A stretch of 55,294 bases of DNA from a virus (Duplodnaviria > Caudoviricetes), in the IMG/VR virus record IMGVR_UViG_3300025658_000003, positions 1-55,294 of that record, one strand, 5' to 3'. Of the stretch, positions 18,334-28,106 are shown in pieces; within the stretch, counting starts at the first letter, position 1, and every line of letters begins with the position of its first letter. A program made the position numbers and the translations under genes. Below the pieces are notes generated by a model. The model saw only the letters and a program-made list of their open reading frames with translations, did not search any database and was not told the origin of the DNA.

Positions 18334-19593
18334 ATGGTTAAATTTCTAAGTAGTGGTAATATCACAATGGATAAGGTCTACATTCACCCTATATGGGAGA
18401 GTGAGGCTATACACCCTTGTATAGATGGGTTATCTATGTTATACATATACGACATAACCAACGATACAGAGCTTGTAATCAACTTAAAAAATATAGACAA
18501 CCATACAACCACATTAGATGAGTTTACCTTTAAATTCAACGAATCTTACGTTTACGATAATAAATCATTCTTAAACATTCTTCAGATAGATAACTCAGTT
18601 GATGCAGGATTAATAAAATATTTACAATCGAATTCCCAACTCAAATCTTCCCCAACACCAACACATACGTTCTACCATCGTAGATTCGGTGAGTTCAAAG
18701 GAGTTAACAATCTTATTCCAATATCTAAACATATAGAAATGGTAAGAGATGTGAGAAATGAGTTCCTTCAATATTACGATTTGGGTTGGGATTCGGATTG
18801 TGTGAAGAAATTTGAAAATTTCTATATTAAGCCGCTAAACTTAGTGGAACGAAATGGGATACATACTACAAATGGGTTAGAGTGGACTCAGTATCATCCA
18901 TATACAACAACTTCTCGTCCTTCAAACAATTATGGTGGTGTAAACTACGCTGCACTTAATAAAGATGATGGTAGTAGGGATAGATTTGTTAGTAGGTTCG
19001 ATGGGGGTAAATTAGTACAATTCGATTACGATGCTTATCACCCACGTATTATTGGTAAGATGGTAGGTGAACCAATTCCAATGGATGTGAGTGGACACCA
19101 AACCTTAGCAGATATGTATGGGGTTTCTTATGGTGAATCAAAAGGAATAACGTTTAGACAATTATATGGGGGAGTGCAAGAGGAATATCTACATATTCCT
19201 TTGTTCTCAAAAGTTTCACACAAAATAGATAAGATGTGGATGGAATTTAATCGTAGAGGTTATATAGAAACACCATTAGGTAGAAAACTATCAAAAGAGA
19301 ACCTAAACGATATGAACGCTAACAAACTATTTAATTATATGTTACAGGCAACTGAAACAGAGTTAAATATGAAGATTTTAAGTAAAGTAATGGAGTTTTT
19401 AGAAGATAAACGCTCAAAAATGGTTTTATATACTTATGATTCATATTTATTAGATATGCATTCTGATGAATTTGATAGTTTACAGAATTTAAAGATACTT
19501 ATAGAGGGGAACGGATTCCCTACAAAGATAGAACTCGGAGATAGTTATTCTAAAATGAATTCTATCGATATAGAAACAACGGATATAATATGA
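18334..19593 (+). CDS. Divergent family A DNA polymerase-like protein (start may be 18367)
   Basis: TTTSRPS, motif A FDYDAYHPR, motif B SKGITFRQLYG, NYMLQATE, motif C YTYDSYL. Confidence 0.8.
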   Translation: MVKFLSSGNITMDKVYIHPIWESEAIHPCIDGLSMLYIYDITNDTELVINLKNIDNHTTTLDEFTFKFNESYVYDNKSFLNILQIDNSVDAGLIKYLQSNSQLKSSPTPTHTFYHRRFGEFKGVNNLIPISKHIEMVRDVRNEFLQYYDLGWDSDCVKKFENFYIKPLNLVERNGIHTTNGLEWTQYHPYTTTSRPSNNYGGVNYAALNKDDGSRDRFVSRFDGGKLVQFDYDAYHPRIIGKMVGEPIPMDVSGHQTLADMYGVSYGESKGITFRQLYGGVQEEYLHIPLFSKVSHKIDKMWMEFNRRGYIETPLGRKLSKENLNDMNANKLFNYMLQATETELNMKILSKVMEFLEDKRSKMVLYTYDSYLLDMHSDEFDSLQNLKILIEGNGFPTKIELGDSYSKMNSIDIETTDII

Positions 19594-21914
19594 AAGAATT
19601 TCTTAACGAACTAGCTAGGTTATGGTGGGTTGAGGTTGGAACAAACCTTACAGACCCGTTATCAGAAGATTCCATAGCAGGTTTACGAAAAATATTAAAA
19701 GAAGAATACGATTTCGATTCAGAAGTAATCGAATACATCGTAGAATCTGCAGTTAAAACTCCTTCTAATTTTCATTTAGGTGGAAATAGAGAATCAGGAA
19801 TGCAGGTTGGAACAAATGATACAGCAGTATCGGCACATTTACATAGTGATGAAGATGATGATTTAGATGGTGCTATTGATTACGATGAACCCTTAGAAGA
19901 GGAAGAAACTGATGAAAAAGAAGATTCAGAAGATGAAGAACGACCTGATGGTGGCAATGATAAAGAAAAAGCTACAACAGACATTGAACAAAACGCTCTC
20001 ACTACTTACGAAAAAGAAAAGTTAAAAGAGATTGATGATAAGTTACTAAAAACTAAACTTACCAATCCAACTACAGGAAACAAAAACCAAGTTAGTACAT
20101 TATTAGGTAAAAAGAAATCAGACCCTGCTGCATATAAGGTAGGTAAAAACTTTTTAGGTGATAAGGGTGTATCGGATGATGAGATTGAAAAACAATCGGA
20201 TACATCTATGGATACGCCAAAACCACAATCAGCTGATGAATCATACGAATCGGCAAAACAGAAAGTAAAAGAACTATATGGTGATGATGGCAAACTACTC
20301 CAAAACTCAGAAACTTCAGATGCAGCATTAAATAATGGGTATCAAGAAGGAGCTGATTGGATAGCACCAGGAAATGCTGGTTCAAACTTTAATGAGAATA
20401 TGTCTAATGAGGCATCTCTAATCATTGAAAAATATCCTGATATCAATGAATCTGAATTAGCATCTATTATCTTTGAAAAGAGTAGAAATACTAAATTAGG
20501 TAAACAACAAAAATCTACAACGGTTGAATCCCCATCTCAAAAAGATAGAGGTGAAATACCATCAGATATACCAACATCTGAAAGAGATTTATACAGAGCA
20601 TCTATTATAGCAGCCCGTTCAGGTGTAACAAAATCAAAAAGAGCAACTGATGGTACTAAATTAGCACAAGAAAAAGTTGGGTTTGGTAAAGAAACGAAAA
20701 CATCATCATTTGGTGGTACTACTAAAGATTTAGAAAATCTAAAAAACAAAATCGATTCAGCTGAAAAGATATATGTTACAGATGCTGGAAAAGTAATAGA
20801 AGTACCTAAAGATGTAATGCAAGAATGGGTAGCTGGTTCAGGTGGTGGTGAAAACGCATCCGATACGGCAGTTATTACTGAAGATGAAAATGGAAACCTT
20901 ATCTATGATGGTTGGAGTGATAAAAAAGGATTTAATGATATTCAAGGTAATTCTACGTTGAATGATGATTACACAAAACAAACCAAAAACATCAATTCAT
21001 TAGAAAAAAGTGGTAGGGTTAGTAAAGAAGATGCAGCAAAAGCAAAATCCATCGTAGATACTTCTCAAAAACGAAGTGCCGAAATTGAAAAGAACTATAA
21101 TAAGGCATCTTTTCAAGAAGGTAAGTTTTTAGGAACTTATAAGGGTGAAGATAAGGCCAGATTGGTTGATGAACTTAAAAAGCAAGAAGGTGGTTATAAA
21201 TCAGCTGGTACAAAAAATCACATCGCTGATGCTATGAAAAAATATGGCGTTGAATCTCACGAAGAACTATTAGATAAACTTACGGAAGAAGTGGGAAGTG
21301 GTAAATCATCAGCAAATAGATTGAAAGTTATTTCTAGGTTAGCGGTGGCTGAAAAGAAGTTCCAAAAGGATAATGGTAATGAAGTTCCTGATGGGTTAGA
21401 TACTAATAAGATAATATCTAAAGCTAGAGAAGAAGCATTATCACTTCAAATAGAAACTTTTGATAAACTAAATGAGATAACGGGAAAAACATCAACTGGT
21501 AAAGAGAAGCCATTGGGTGATATTGTAGGTTTCCAAGAAACAATAGATTTCTTACACTTAGATAAAATTAAAGAAGCCGATGAGGGTGATTTTAAACAAG
21601 TTTTAAAAAGAAATACTCAGTTAGTAATGGCAGGTAAGGATGTTCCACCGGAATCAATAAAAAAATGTTTAGGTGTAGATAATCTAAAAGATGCAGAAGA
21701 TAACTTTAGTGTTGTTACTGATGAAAAAATAATTAAGAATAGAGAAAAAACAGTTACTACTGGTAAAGTTGTTTACATATATGCAGTTGACCAGAAAGAT
21801 GGTAGTAGAAAGTTTATTGGTGAAAAAAGATATCGTTCAAAATCAGGTATAACGGGTAAAACTTCAAATACAATACAATGGTCGCCTGATATGCAGAAAT
21901 GTTTTGATAAATAA
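19590..21914 (+). CDS. Large hypothetical protein with an acidic low-complexity segment
   Basis: 774-aa ORF coupled to the upstream gene by an ATGA-type overlap; no family recognised. Confidence 0.75.
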   Translation: MKEFLNELARLWWVEVGTNLTDPLSEDSIAGLRKILKEEYDFDSEVIEYIVESAVKTPSNFHLGGNRESGMQVGTNDTAVSAHLHSDEDDDLDGAIDYDEPLEEEETDEKEDSEDEERPDGGNDKEKATTDIEQNALTTYEKEKLKEIDDKLLKTKLTNPTTGNKNQVSTLLGKKKSDPAAYKVGKNFLGDKGVSDDEIEKQSDTSMDTPKPQSADESYESAKQKVKELYGDDGKLLQNSETSDAALNNGYQEGADWIAPGNAGSNFNENMSNEASLIIEKYPDINESELASIIFEKSRNTKLGKQQKSTTVESPSQKDRGEIPSDIPTSERDLYRASIIAARSGVTKSKRATDGTKLAQEKVGFGKETKTSSFGGTTKDLENLKNKIDSAEKIYVTDAGKVIEVPKDVMQEWVAGSGGGENASDTAVITEDENGNLIYDGWSDKKGFNDIQGNSTLNDDYTKQTKNINSLEKSGRVSKEDAAKAKSIVDTSQKRSAEIEKNYNKASFQEGKFLGTYKGEDKARLVDELKKQEGGYKSAGTKNHIADAMKKYGVESHEELLDKLTEEVGSGKSSANRLKVISRLAVAEKKFQKDNGNEVPDGLDTNKIISKAREEALSLQIETFDKLNEITGKTSTGKEKPLGDIVGFQETIDFLHLDKIKEADEGDFKQVLKRNTQLVMAGKDVPPESIKKCLGVDNLKDAEDNFSVVTDEKIIKNREKTVTTGKVVYIYAVDQKDGSRKFIGEKRYRSKSGITGKTSNTIQWSPDMQKCFDK

Positions 21915-21926
21915 CGGAGAGAATGA

Positions 21927-22316
21927 GTGAGAACGCAATTATTATGTACGTTTACAACAGAATCTTCGTTTGAAGATTTATTAACTAAAATATTCGATGG
22001 GCATGAATTATTCAGTAGAAAGATATTCGTACTGAAATTAGAACCATCTAATGAATTAGTGATTAGTTATAATATTATACCAAATAGGGAAAATAAATTC
22101 TTACCTAATAGCATAATGGTACACCGAAAAAAAGAATCCAATACAATTTACACAATTAACGCTTTAAACCGATTAATTAAAGAATTGAATGGTGGTACGG
22201 AAGATAAATCGTATCAAGTAGAATGGGCAAACTATCGCAACTCAATCATCCTTACAGATGGTGATGGTTACAAAACAATGAAAACAAAATTGTTCAGAAT
22301 AGTTGATGTTAATTAA
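21927..22316 (+). CDS. Hypothetical phage protein
   Basis: GTG start preceded by GGAG; LLCTF and HRKKESNTIYTINALN motifs. Confidence 0.75.
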   Translation: MRTQLLCTFTTESSFEDLLTKIFDGHELFSRKIFVLKLEPSNELVISYNIIPNRENKFLPNSIMVHRKKESNTIYTINALNRLIKELNGGTEDKSYQVEWANYRNSIILTDGDGYKTMKTKLFRIVDVN

Positions 22317-22338
22317 AAAAGTTTAATATTTATAGTAT

Positions 22339-22434
22339 ATGAAAGAATGTACCTGTAACCAATGTTTATGTGAATCAAAAGAAGAGTGTAGCTCATCTTG
22401 TGGTTCAAACAATCAATGTACTTGTTGTAAATAA
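22339..22434 (+). CDS. Metallothionein-like 31-aa peptide (not in ORF track)
   Basis: MKECTCNQCLCESKEECSSSCGSNNQCTCCK has 9 Cys and no aromatic residues; directly follows TATTTATA. Confidence 0.65.
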   Translation: MKECTCNQCLCESKEECSSSCGSNNQCTCCK

Positions 22435-22445
22435 ACAACAAAACA

Positions 22446-22477
22446 TTTGGTAGTGTGGAATTTATTTCGTATATTAG
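22446..22477 (+). promoter_or_regulatory. Promoter TTTG-N20-TATATTAG driving a non-coding segment
   Basis: Same motif and spacer. Confidence 0.75.
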
Positions 22478-22481
22478 TAGT

Positions 22482-22615
22482 ATATTTAATGGTTATCTAT
22501 GATTAGCGTAAAGTTCGCTCTTAGTAAAGTAGATACTCGGTGGTTTTAAATCCACTATAAAAAATTAAGACCAAGTCAACGTGTGGGTTTAAATTAACGT
22601 TGAAAAATAAAAAGT
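22482..22615 (+). ncRNA. Putative structured RNA or 5' leader containing a preQ1-I-like pseudoknot (22539-22570)
   Basis: No sizeable ORF; stems tatctat/gtagata, agcg/cgct, ggtgg/ccact, ttttaa/ttaaga and tcaacgt/acgttga. Confidence 0.5.
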
Positions 22616-22623
22616 AAATATAA

Positions 22624-22655
22624 TTAGGAAGTTACAAATAAATTTCGTATATTTA
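22624..22655 (+). promoter_or_regulatory. Promoter TTAG-N20-TATATTTA upstream of SSB
   Basis: Same motif and spacer. Confidence 0.7.
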
Positions 22656-22694
22656 CATAAGTAATAATTAATAATAACTAAAAAAAGTAAAATT

Positions 22695-23480
22695 ATGGCA
22701 ATTGACTTAAATGCAATCCGAAACCGTCTGGACAGTTTACAGACGAAAACTACAAAAACTGATAATCTATGGAAGCCAAAACCTGGTAAGCAACAAGTAA
22801 GAATAGTACCTTACGTTCACAATCCATCAAATCCTTTTATCGAATTATTTTTCCACTACAACTTTGGTGGTAAGAATATTCTCTCACCTCAAACACATGG
22901 TGAAGCAGACCCATTAATGGAGTTCGCTGACCAATTGAAATCAACTGGTGATAGAAATGATTGGAATCTTTCAAAGCAATTAACACCTAAGATGAGAACT
23001 TACGTTCCTGTATTGGTTCGTGGTGAAGAATCTGAAGGAGTTAAATTTTGGGGATTTGGTAAAACTGTGTATCAAGAACTACTTGCTTTCTTCGCAGACC
23101 CAGATTATGGTGATTTAACAGACCCAACAAATGGTAGAGATATCACTGTTGAGTTTAAAACCGCAAAAGAGTTAGGTAAGAACTATCCTGAAACTTATAT
23201 CAGAGTTAAACCAAACCAAACTCCAATTACAGAAGATAAAAACGTTTTAGAAACTGTAAAAGACCAAATTGAATTACCAGGTATGTTTAAGAAATATACT
23301 TATGATGATATGAAAGGTTTATTGGAAACTTGGATGGAAACTGGTCAAGTAGGGGATGATTCTAAAGAAGAAGAATCTACACCAACTAATAACTCTACTC
23401 AATCAGCACCAGCAGCAGCTGTGAGTAACTCAACCAACACAGATGTAAAAGACGCATTTGAGGATTTATTCAATAACTAA
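22695..23480 (+). CDS. Single-stranded DNA-binding protein (gp32-like)
   Basis: LWKPKPGKQQVRIVP, VKFWGFGKTVY, TDPTNGRDI and an acidic tail DAFEDLFNN. Confidence 0.8.
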   Translation: MAIDLNAIRNRLDSLQTKTTKTDNLWKPKPGKQQVRIVPYVHNPSNPFIELFFHYNFGGKNILSPQTHGEADPLMEFADQLKSTGDRNDWNLSKQLTPKMRTYVPVLVRGEESEGVKFWGFGKTVYQELLAFFADPDYGDLTDPTNGRDITVEFKTAKELGKNYPETYIRVKPNQTPITEDKNVLETVKDQIELPGMFKKYTYDDMKGLLETWMETGQVGDDSKEEESTPTNNSTQSAPAAAVSNSTNTDVKDAFEDLFNN

Positions 23481-23491
23481 AAACATTAAGA

Positions 23492-24616
23492 ATGGCTAAA
23501 ACAAATCGTGATGAATTATCATCGCTATTAGCTGATAACCTTAATAAGAAGTTCAAAGGACAAGCAAAAGTAGCTTACTTTCTTGATGGCTCCGAACAGA
23601 CACCCACCGACTTAACCGAGTGGGTGTCTACAGGAGATGATATGTTAGATTTAGCTATATCAAATCGACCTAATGGTGGATTTCCTGTTGGACGAATTGT
23701 AGAGGTTACTGGTTTAGAAGCGAGTGGCAAATCTCTGTTATCAGCACATACATTAGCAAACACTCAGAAGAAGGGTGGTTTGGCAGTGTATATTGATACA
23801 GAGAACGCAATTAACCAAGAATTCTTAGAAGCATTAGGTGTTGATACTCAGAAGTTACTTTATGTACCTTTGGAAGCAGTAGAAGATATCTTTGATGCTA
23901 TGGATTCAATTATCGAATCAATTAGAAAATCCGATAATAACAAATTGGTAACAATAGTAGTTGATTCTGTTGCGGCAGCAACTACTAAAGTAGAGATGGC
24001 AGCTGATTATGACCAAGCTGGTTATGCTACTCAAAAAGCAATCATTATCTCAAAAGCAATGAGAAAGATTACAAATCTTATTGGTAGAGAGAGAATATTG
24101 GTTGTATTTACAAATCAACTTAGAGTTAGATTAGGAGTATCTTTTGGAGACCCTTACACTACATCAGGTGGGAAAGCATTAGGTTTTCACGCTAGTTGTA
24201 GATTGAGAATGAAACAAATGGGTAAACTCAATTCTAAAGTTGGGGGTGTTGAACAAACTGTTGGTATTAAGACTAGAGTACAAGTTATTAAGAACAGAAT
24301 GGGACCACCACTAAGAGCAGTTGATTTTGAAATCTACTTTGATAGGGGTATTGATAGATATGGTTCGTGGTTGAATACTATGAAAACATATAAGTTGATA
24401 CAGATAAGTGGAGCTTGGTATACTTGGGTTGATGAATCAACTGGAGAAGAGATTAAATTCCAAGCTAAGAACTTCACTAACATCTTAGAAGAAAGACCAG
24501 AGGTAAAGGAACAAATGTATAAACAAATCTGTGATGCATATATCTTAGGATACAAAGAAGCATCCGAAGCAGCAAACACAGACACAACAAAACTCGATGA
24601 AGGACACGAAATCTAA
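23492..24616 (+). CDS. uvsX: RecA/UvsX recombinase
   Basis: Walker A GLEASGKS, YIDTENA, VVDSVAA, TSGGKALGFHAS. Confidence 0.95.
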   Translation: MAKTNRDELSSLLADNLNKKFKGQAKVAYFLDGSEQTPTDLTEWVSTGDDMLDLAISNRPNGGFPVGRIVEVTGLEASGKSLLSAHTLANTQKKGGLAVYIDTENAINQEFLEALGVDTQKLLYVPLEAVEDIFDAMDSIIESIRKSDNNKLVTIVVDSVAAATTKVEMAADYDQAGYATQKAIIISKAMRKITNLIGRERILVVFTNQLRVRLGVSFGDPYTTSGGKALGFHASCRLRMKQMGKLNSKVGGVEQTVGIKTRVQVIKNRMGPPLRAVDFEIYFDRGIDRYGSWLNTMKTYKLIQISGAWYTWVDESTGEEIKFQAKNFTNILEERPEVKEQMYKQICDAYILGYKEASEAANTDTTKLDEGHEI

Positions 24617-25637
24617 TTACAAAGAAATGTTTAATAAGCTATCAGAAACTCCCAAAAGGAACGTTAATGATAAAGTTATGATTGTAGATGGATTGAATTT
24701 GTTCATCAGATGTTTTGGCGCAGTTCCAACTCTGAATGATGATGGAGAGCACGTCGGTGGGGTAACAGGTTGTCTGTTATCCCTCGGCGCTCTTATTCGT
24801 AAGAACAAACCAACTAGAGTGTTGGTAGTTTTTGATGGTAAGGGTGGTTCTCAACGTAGAAAAAAGATGTATAAGGGATACAAAGAAGGTAGAACAGGAT
24901 TAACCAAAGTTAATAGATTGGTTGGTTACGAAGATTTAGAAGACCAAGCAGAATCTATGAAACGTAACTTTAACGCTTTAATCAAATACTTAGAGTTATT
25001 ACCTGTTGATTTGTGTTATATTGATTACATCGAAGCAGATGATATTATGGCATACGCTGCCAGACATATATTTAAAAAAGAAGTTTTGATAATTTCCTCT
25101 GATAAGGATTTCTTACAATTAGTTGATGATAGAATTTCAGTATATCTACCAACTAAGAAGAAGATGATGTTCAAAGAGGATGTAAAAGAGTTATATGGAG
25201 TTCCATCAAAGAATTTAGTATATTATAGAATTTTTGATGGTGATAAATCCGATAATATTCCTGGCGTAAGGGGAATCGGACCTAAAACACTAATAAATAA
25301 ATTAGATTTCCTTCAATCGGATGGATTAACATTGGATACCCTATTAGAAAAGGTATCTCAAATGGATGATGAGAAACTGAAAAACAAAATATTGGAACAT
25401 ACCGATACTTTGAAATTAAACTATGATTTAATGCAGTTATCAGAACCAATAATGGGTTCAGCGATTACATCAAATGTACGAAATATCATTGATACACCAA
25501 TCAACGGATTAAATTCTTTTGAATTCAAAAAAGAGTTTATGGTTGATAAACTATATACTGCATTTAAGAATGTAGAAACATGGTTAGTGAACACTTGGGG
25601 TGATTTGGATAAATATTCAAAACAAACCCGAAAATAA
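24597..25637 (+). CDS. 5'-3' exonuclease / flap endonuclease (T4 RNase H-like)
   Basis: IVDGLN, VFDG, EADD, SSDKDFLQL, GDKSDNIPGVRGIGPKT. Confidence 0.92.
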   Translation: MKDTKSNYKEMFNKLSETPKRNVNDKVMIVDGLNLFIRCFGAVPTLNDDGEHVGGVTGCLLSLGALIRKNKPTRVLVVFDGKGGSQRRKKMYKGYKEGRTGLTKVNRLVGYEDLEDQAESMKRNFNALIKYLELLPVDLCYIDYIEADDIMAYAARHIFKKEVLIISSDKDFLQLVDDRISVYLPTKKKMMFKEDVKELYGVPSKNLVYYRIFDGDKSDNIPGVRGIGPKTLINKLDFLQSDGLTLDTLLEKVSQMDDEKLKNKILEHTDTLKLNYDLMQLSEPIMGSAITSNVRNIIDTPINGLNSFEFKKEFMVDKLYTAFKNVETWLVNTWGDLDKYSKQTRK

Positions 25638-25669
25638 TTTGGTAGTTACAATAATAAATCGTATATTGG
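25638..25669 (+). promoter_or_regulatory. Promoter TTTG-N20-TATATTGG
   Basis: Same motif and spacer. Confidence 0.7.
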
Positions 25670-25675
25670 TACAAT

Positions 25676-27034
25676 ATGGATAAATTCGGAAACAAATTTG
25701 GTACGTCATTTCAGATAAAGATACTTTCATCTCTATTATCAGATAGGATATTCTTACAACAGATGTATGATATTCTTAAACCTGAGATGTTTGATTCAGA
25801 TGCTAATGAATGGATAGTAACGAAAACATTAAATCATTTTGATACGTTTTCACAACTACCCACATTGGATGTCTTTAAAAACGAAGTAGATAAGGTTGAG
25901 AGAGATGTTCTCAAATCATCTATAGTAGATAACCTAAAGCAAGTTTGGAACGGCTTAGAATCGGATGATTTAGAGTACGTTAAAGAACAATCTTTAGAAT
26001 TCTGTAAGAATCAAACCTTTAAGAACGCAATCTTAGAATCTGTAGATTTACTAAGTGATGGTAAATTCGATATAATTAAATCGAAGATTGATAACGCTAT
26101 GAAAGCGGGACAGGATACTGATATCGGACATGAGTACAAAGAAAACATCATTGAAAGATACGAATCAACTGTTAGAGATGTAGTTCCTTGTGGTTGGCCT
26201 GTTATCGATGAATTAGTAGATGGTGGTTTTGGTAAAGGTGAGTTGATAATATTTGCAGCTCCACCGGGTATTGGTAAATCTTGGGCATTGGTGAATGTTG
26301 GTATGGCAGCTGCTAAAGCTGGTAAGACTGTAGTTCATTATACATTAGAACTTAACGAAGGATATGTAGGGCAGAGATACGATTCAGTATTAACTGGAAT
26401 ACCCGTACCTAAACTTAAATTTGAAATAGATGAAGTACGAAAGCAGGTAGAAAAACTAAGTGGTGATATCGTTGTAAAACATTGGCCTACTAAATCTGCT
26501 GGATTGAATACTATGAGAGCATCATTAGATAAATTGAAGTTGCAAGGTAAATCTCCTGATTTGATTATATGTGATTACGCTGATTTATTAAAGGGTAATA
26601 GTAGAAAAGAAAGACACGAAGAGTTAGAAGAGATTGTTGAGGGATTAAGAGGTATTGCGGGTGAATACGAAGTTCCATTATTTACAGCATCTCAGATAAA
26701 TCGTAGTGGAGCAGAGCAAGATGTTATTACTGGTACTTCTATAGCTGGTTCATTCTCAAAACTGATGACTGCAGATTTTGTAGTATCATTAAGTAGGAAG
26801 ATTGAGGATAAATTAGCAGGTACAGGTAGATGGCACGTAATAAAAAATAGATTTGGACCAGATGGGATGACTTTACCTTCAAAAGCTAATATGAGTACAG
26901 GTAGGATTGATATCTACAACGATGATTCCATTGATGGTAAAAAAACCCAAAAGGATATGAACACTGGGGGTGAGTTAGTGAGAAAGAATTTGTTACAAAA
27001 ATATAACGAAATGAATAAAGATATTGATTTCTAA
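25676..27034 (+). CDS. DnaB-like replicative helicase (gp41-like)
   Basis: APPGIGKS, YTLEL, DYADLL, TASQINR, KNRFG. Confidence 0.93.
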   Translation: MDKFGNKFGTSFQIKILSSLLSDRIFLQQMYDILKPEMFDSDANEWIVTKTLNHFDTFSQLPTLDVFKNEVDKVERDVLKSSIVDNLKQVWNGLESDDLEYVKEQSLEFCKNQTFKNAILESVDLLSDGKFDIIKSKIDNAMKAGQDTDIGHEYKENIIERYESTVRDVVPCGWPVIDELVDGGFGKGELIIFAAPPGIGKSWALVNVGMAAAKAGKTVVHYTLELNEGYVGQRYDSVLTGIPVPKLKFEIDEVRKQVEKLSGDIVVKHWPTKSAGLNTMRASLDKLKLQGKSPDLIICDYADLLKGNSRKERHEELEEIVEGLRGIAGEYEVPLFTASQINRSGAEQDVITGTSIAGSFSKLMTADFVVSLSRKIEDKLAGTGRWHVIKNRFGPDGMTLPSKANMSTGRIDIYNDDSIDGKKTQKDMNTGGELVRKNLLQKYNEMNKDIDF

Positions 27035-27088
27035 TCCATATATATTATAACCCACAACAACGAAATTAAAACAATAGAAGATAAAAAT

Positions 27089-28084
27089 ATGACACAATTA
27101 TTTACAGAAAGAGTACCATTCAAACCATTTGAATATCCAATTTATTACACCGAAGGGTGGTTAAAACAAGCACAAGCATTTTGGTTACATACTGAAATAC
27201 CAATGCAAGGTGATTTGAAAGATTGGAACGAAAATCTGAATAAATCGGAAAAGCATTTGGTTGGAAATATCCTTTTAGGATTTGCTCAAACTGAATGTGC
27301 CGTATCCGATTATTGGACAACAATGGTAACCAAATGGTTTCCTAAACATGAAATCAAACAAATGGCGATGATGTTTGGTTCACAAGAAACAATACACGCT
27401 ACAGCTTACTCCTATCTAAACGAATCATTAGGTTTAGAAGATTTTGAGGCTTTCCTACACGAACCTGCGATTGCAGAAAAATTTGAATTCCTAACCGCTA
27501 CCTCTGCTGATTGGACTCACGAGGATTTACAGAAGAATCCTACGGCGAGAAAAGAAGTAGCCCGTTCATTAGCGATATTCTCAGCATTTGCAGAAGGTGT
27601 ATCTTTATATAGTAGTTTTGCAGTCCTGTATTCTTTTCAGATGAGAAATCTTCTGAAAGGAATTGGGCAGCAAATGAAATGGAGTGTAAGAGATGAATCA
27701 CTTCATTCTAAAATGGGATGTCAATTATTTAGAGAGATGTGTAATGAATATCCAGAACTTCATAGTGAGGTTAAAGATGATGTACATCAAGCAGCAAAGT
27801 ATATGATTGAGATGGAACATAAGTTCATTGATATGATATTTGAGCAAGGTGATTTAGAAAACCTATCCTCAGATGATTTAAAAGAATTTATCTCTAAAAG
27901 AGGTAATGAGAAGTTAAAAGAATTGGGTTACGAACCTACATTTAAGTTTGATGATACTAAAGCATCTAATTTAGATTGGTTCTACCATTTAACTGGTGGA
28001 ACAACACATACAGATTTCTTCGCAGTAAGACCTACGGATTACTCTAAGGCAAACGAAGGTGAAGATTTCAACGATATTTGGTAA
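27089..28084 (+). CDS. nrdB: Class I ribonucleotide reductase beta subunit
   Basis: ETIHATAY, AEGVSLYSSF, RDESLH, DFFAVRPTDY. Confidence 0.95.
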   Translation: MTQLFTERVPFKPFEYPIYYTEGWLKQAQAFWLHTEIPMQGDLKDWNENLNKSEKHLVGNILLGFAQTECAVSDYWTTMVTKWFPKHEIKQMAMMFGSQETIHATAYSYLNESLGLEDFEAFLHEPAIAEKFEFLTATSADWTHEDLQKNPTARKEVARSLAIFSAFAEGVSLYSSFAVLYSFQMRNLLKGIGQQMKWSVRDESLHSKMGCQLFREMCNEYPELHSEVKDDVHQAAKYMIEMEHKFIDMIFEQGDLENLSSDDLKEFISKRGNEKLKELGYEPTFKFDDTKASNLDWFYHLTGGTTHTDFFAVRPTDYSKANEGEDFNDIW

Positions 28085-28106
28085 AATAATAATAAAAAAA
28101 TAAGTT

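Noticed and set aside
27035-27050. NrdR box upstream of nrdB
   Set aside because: Only the AT-rich core matches, with no second box.
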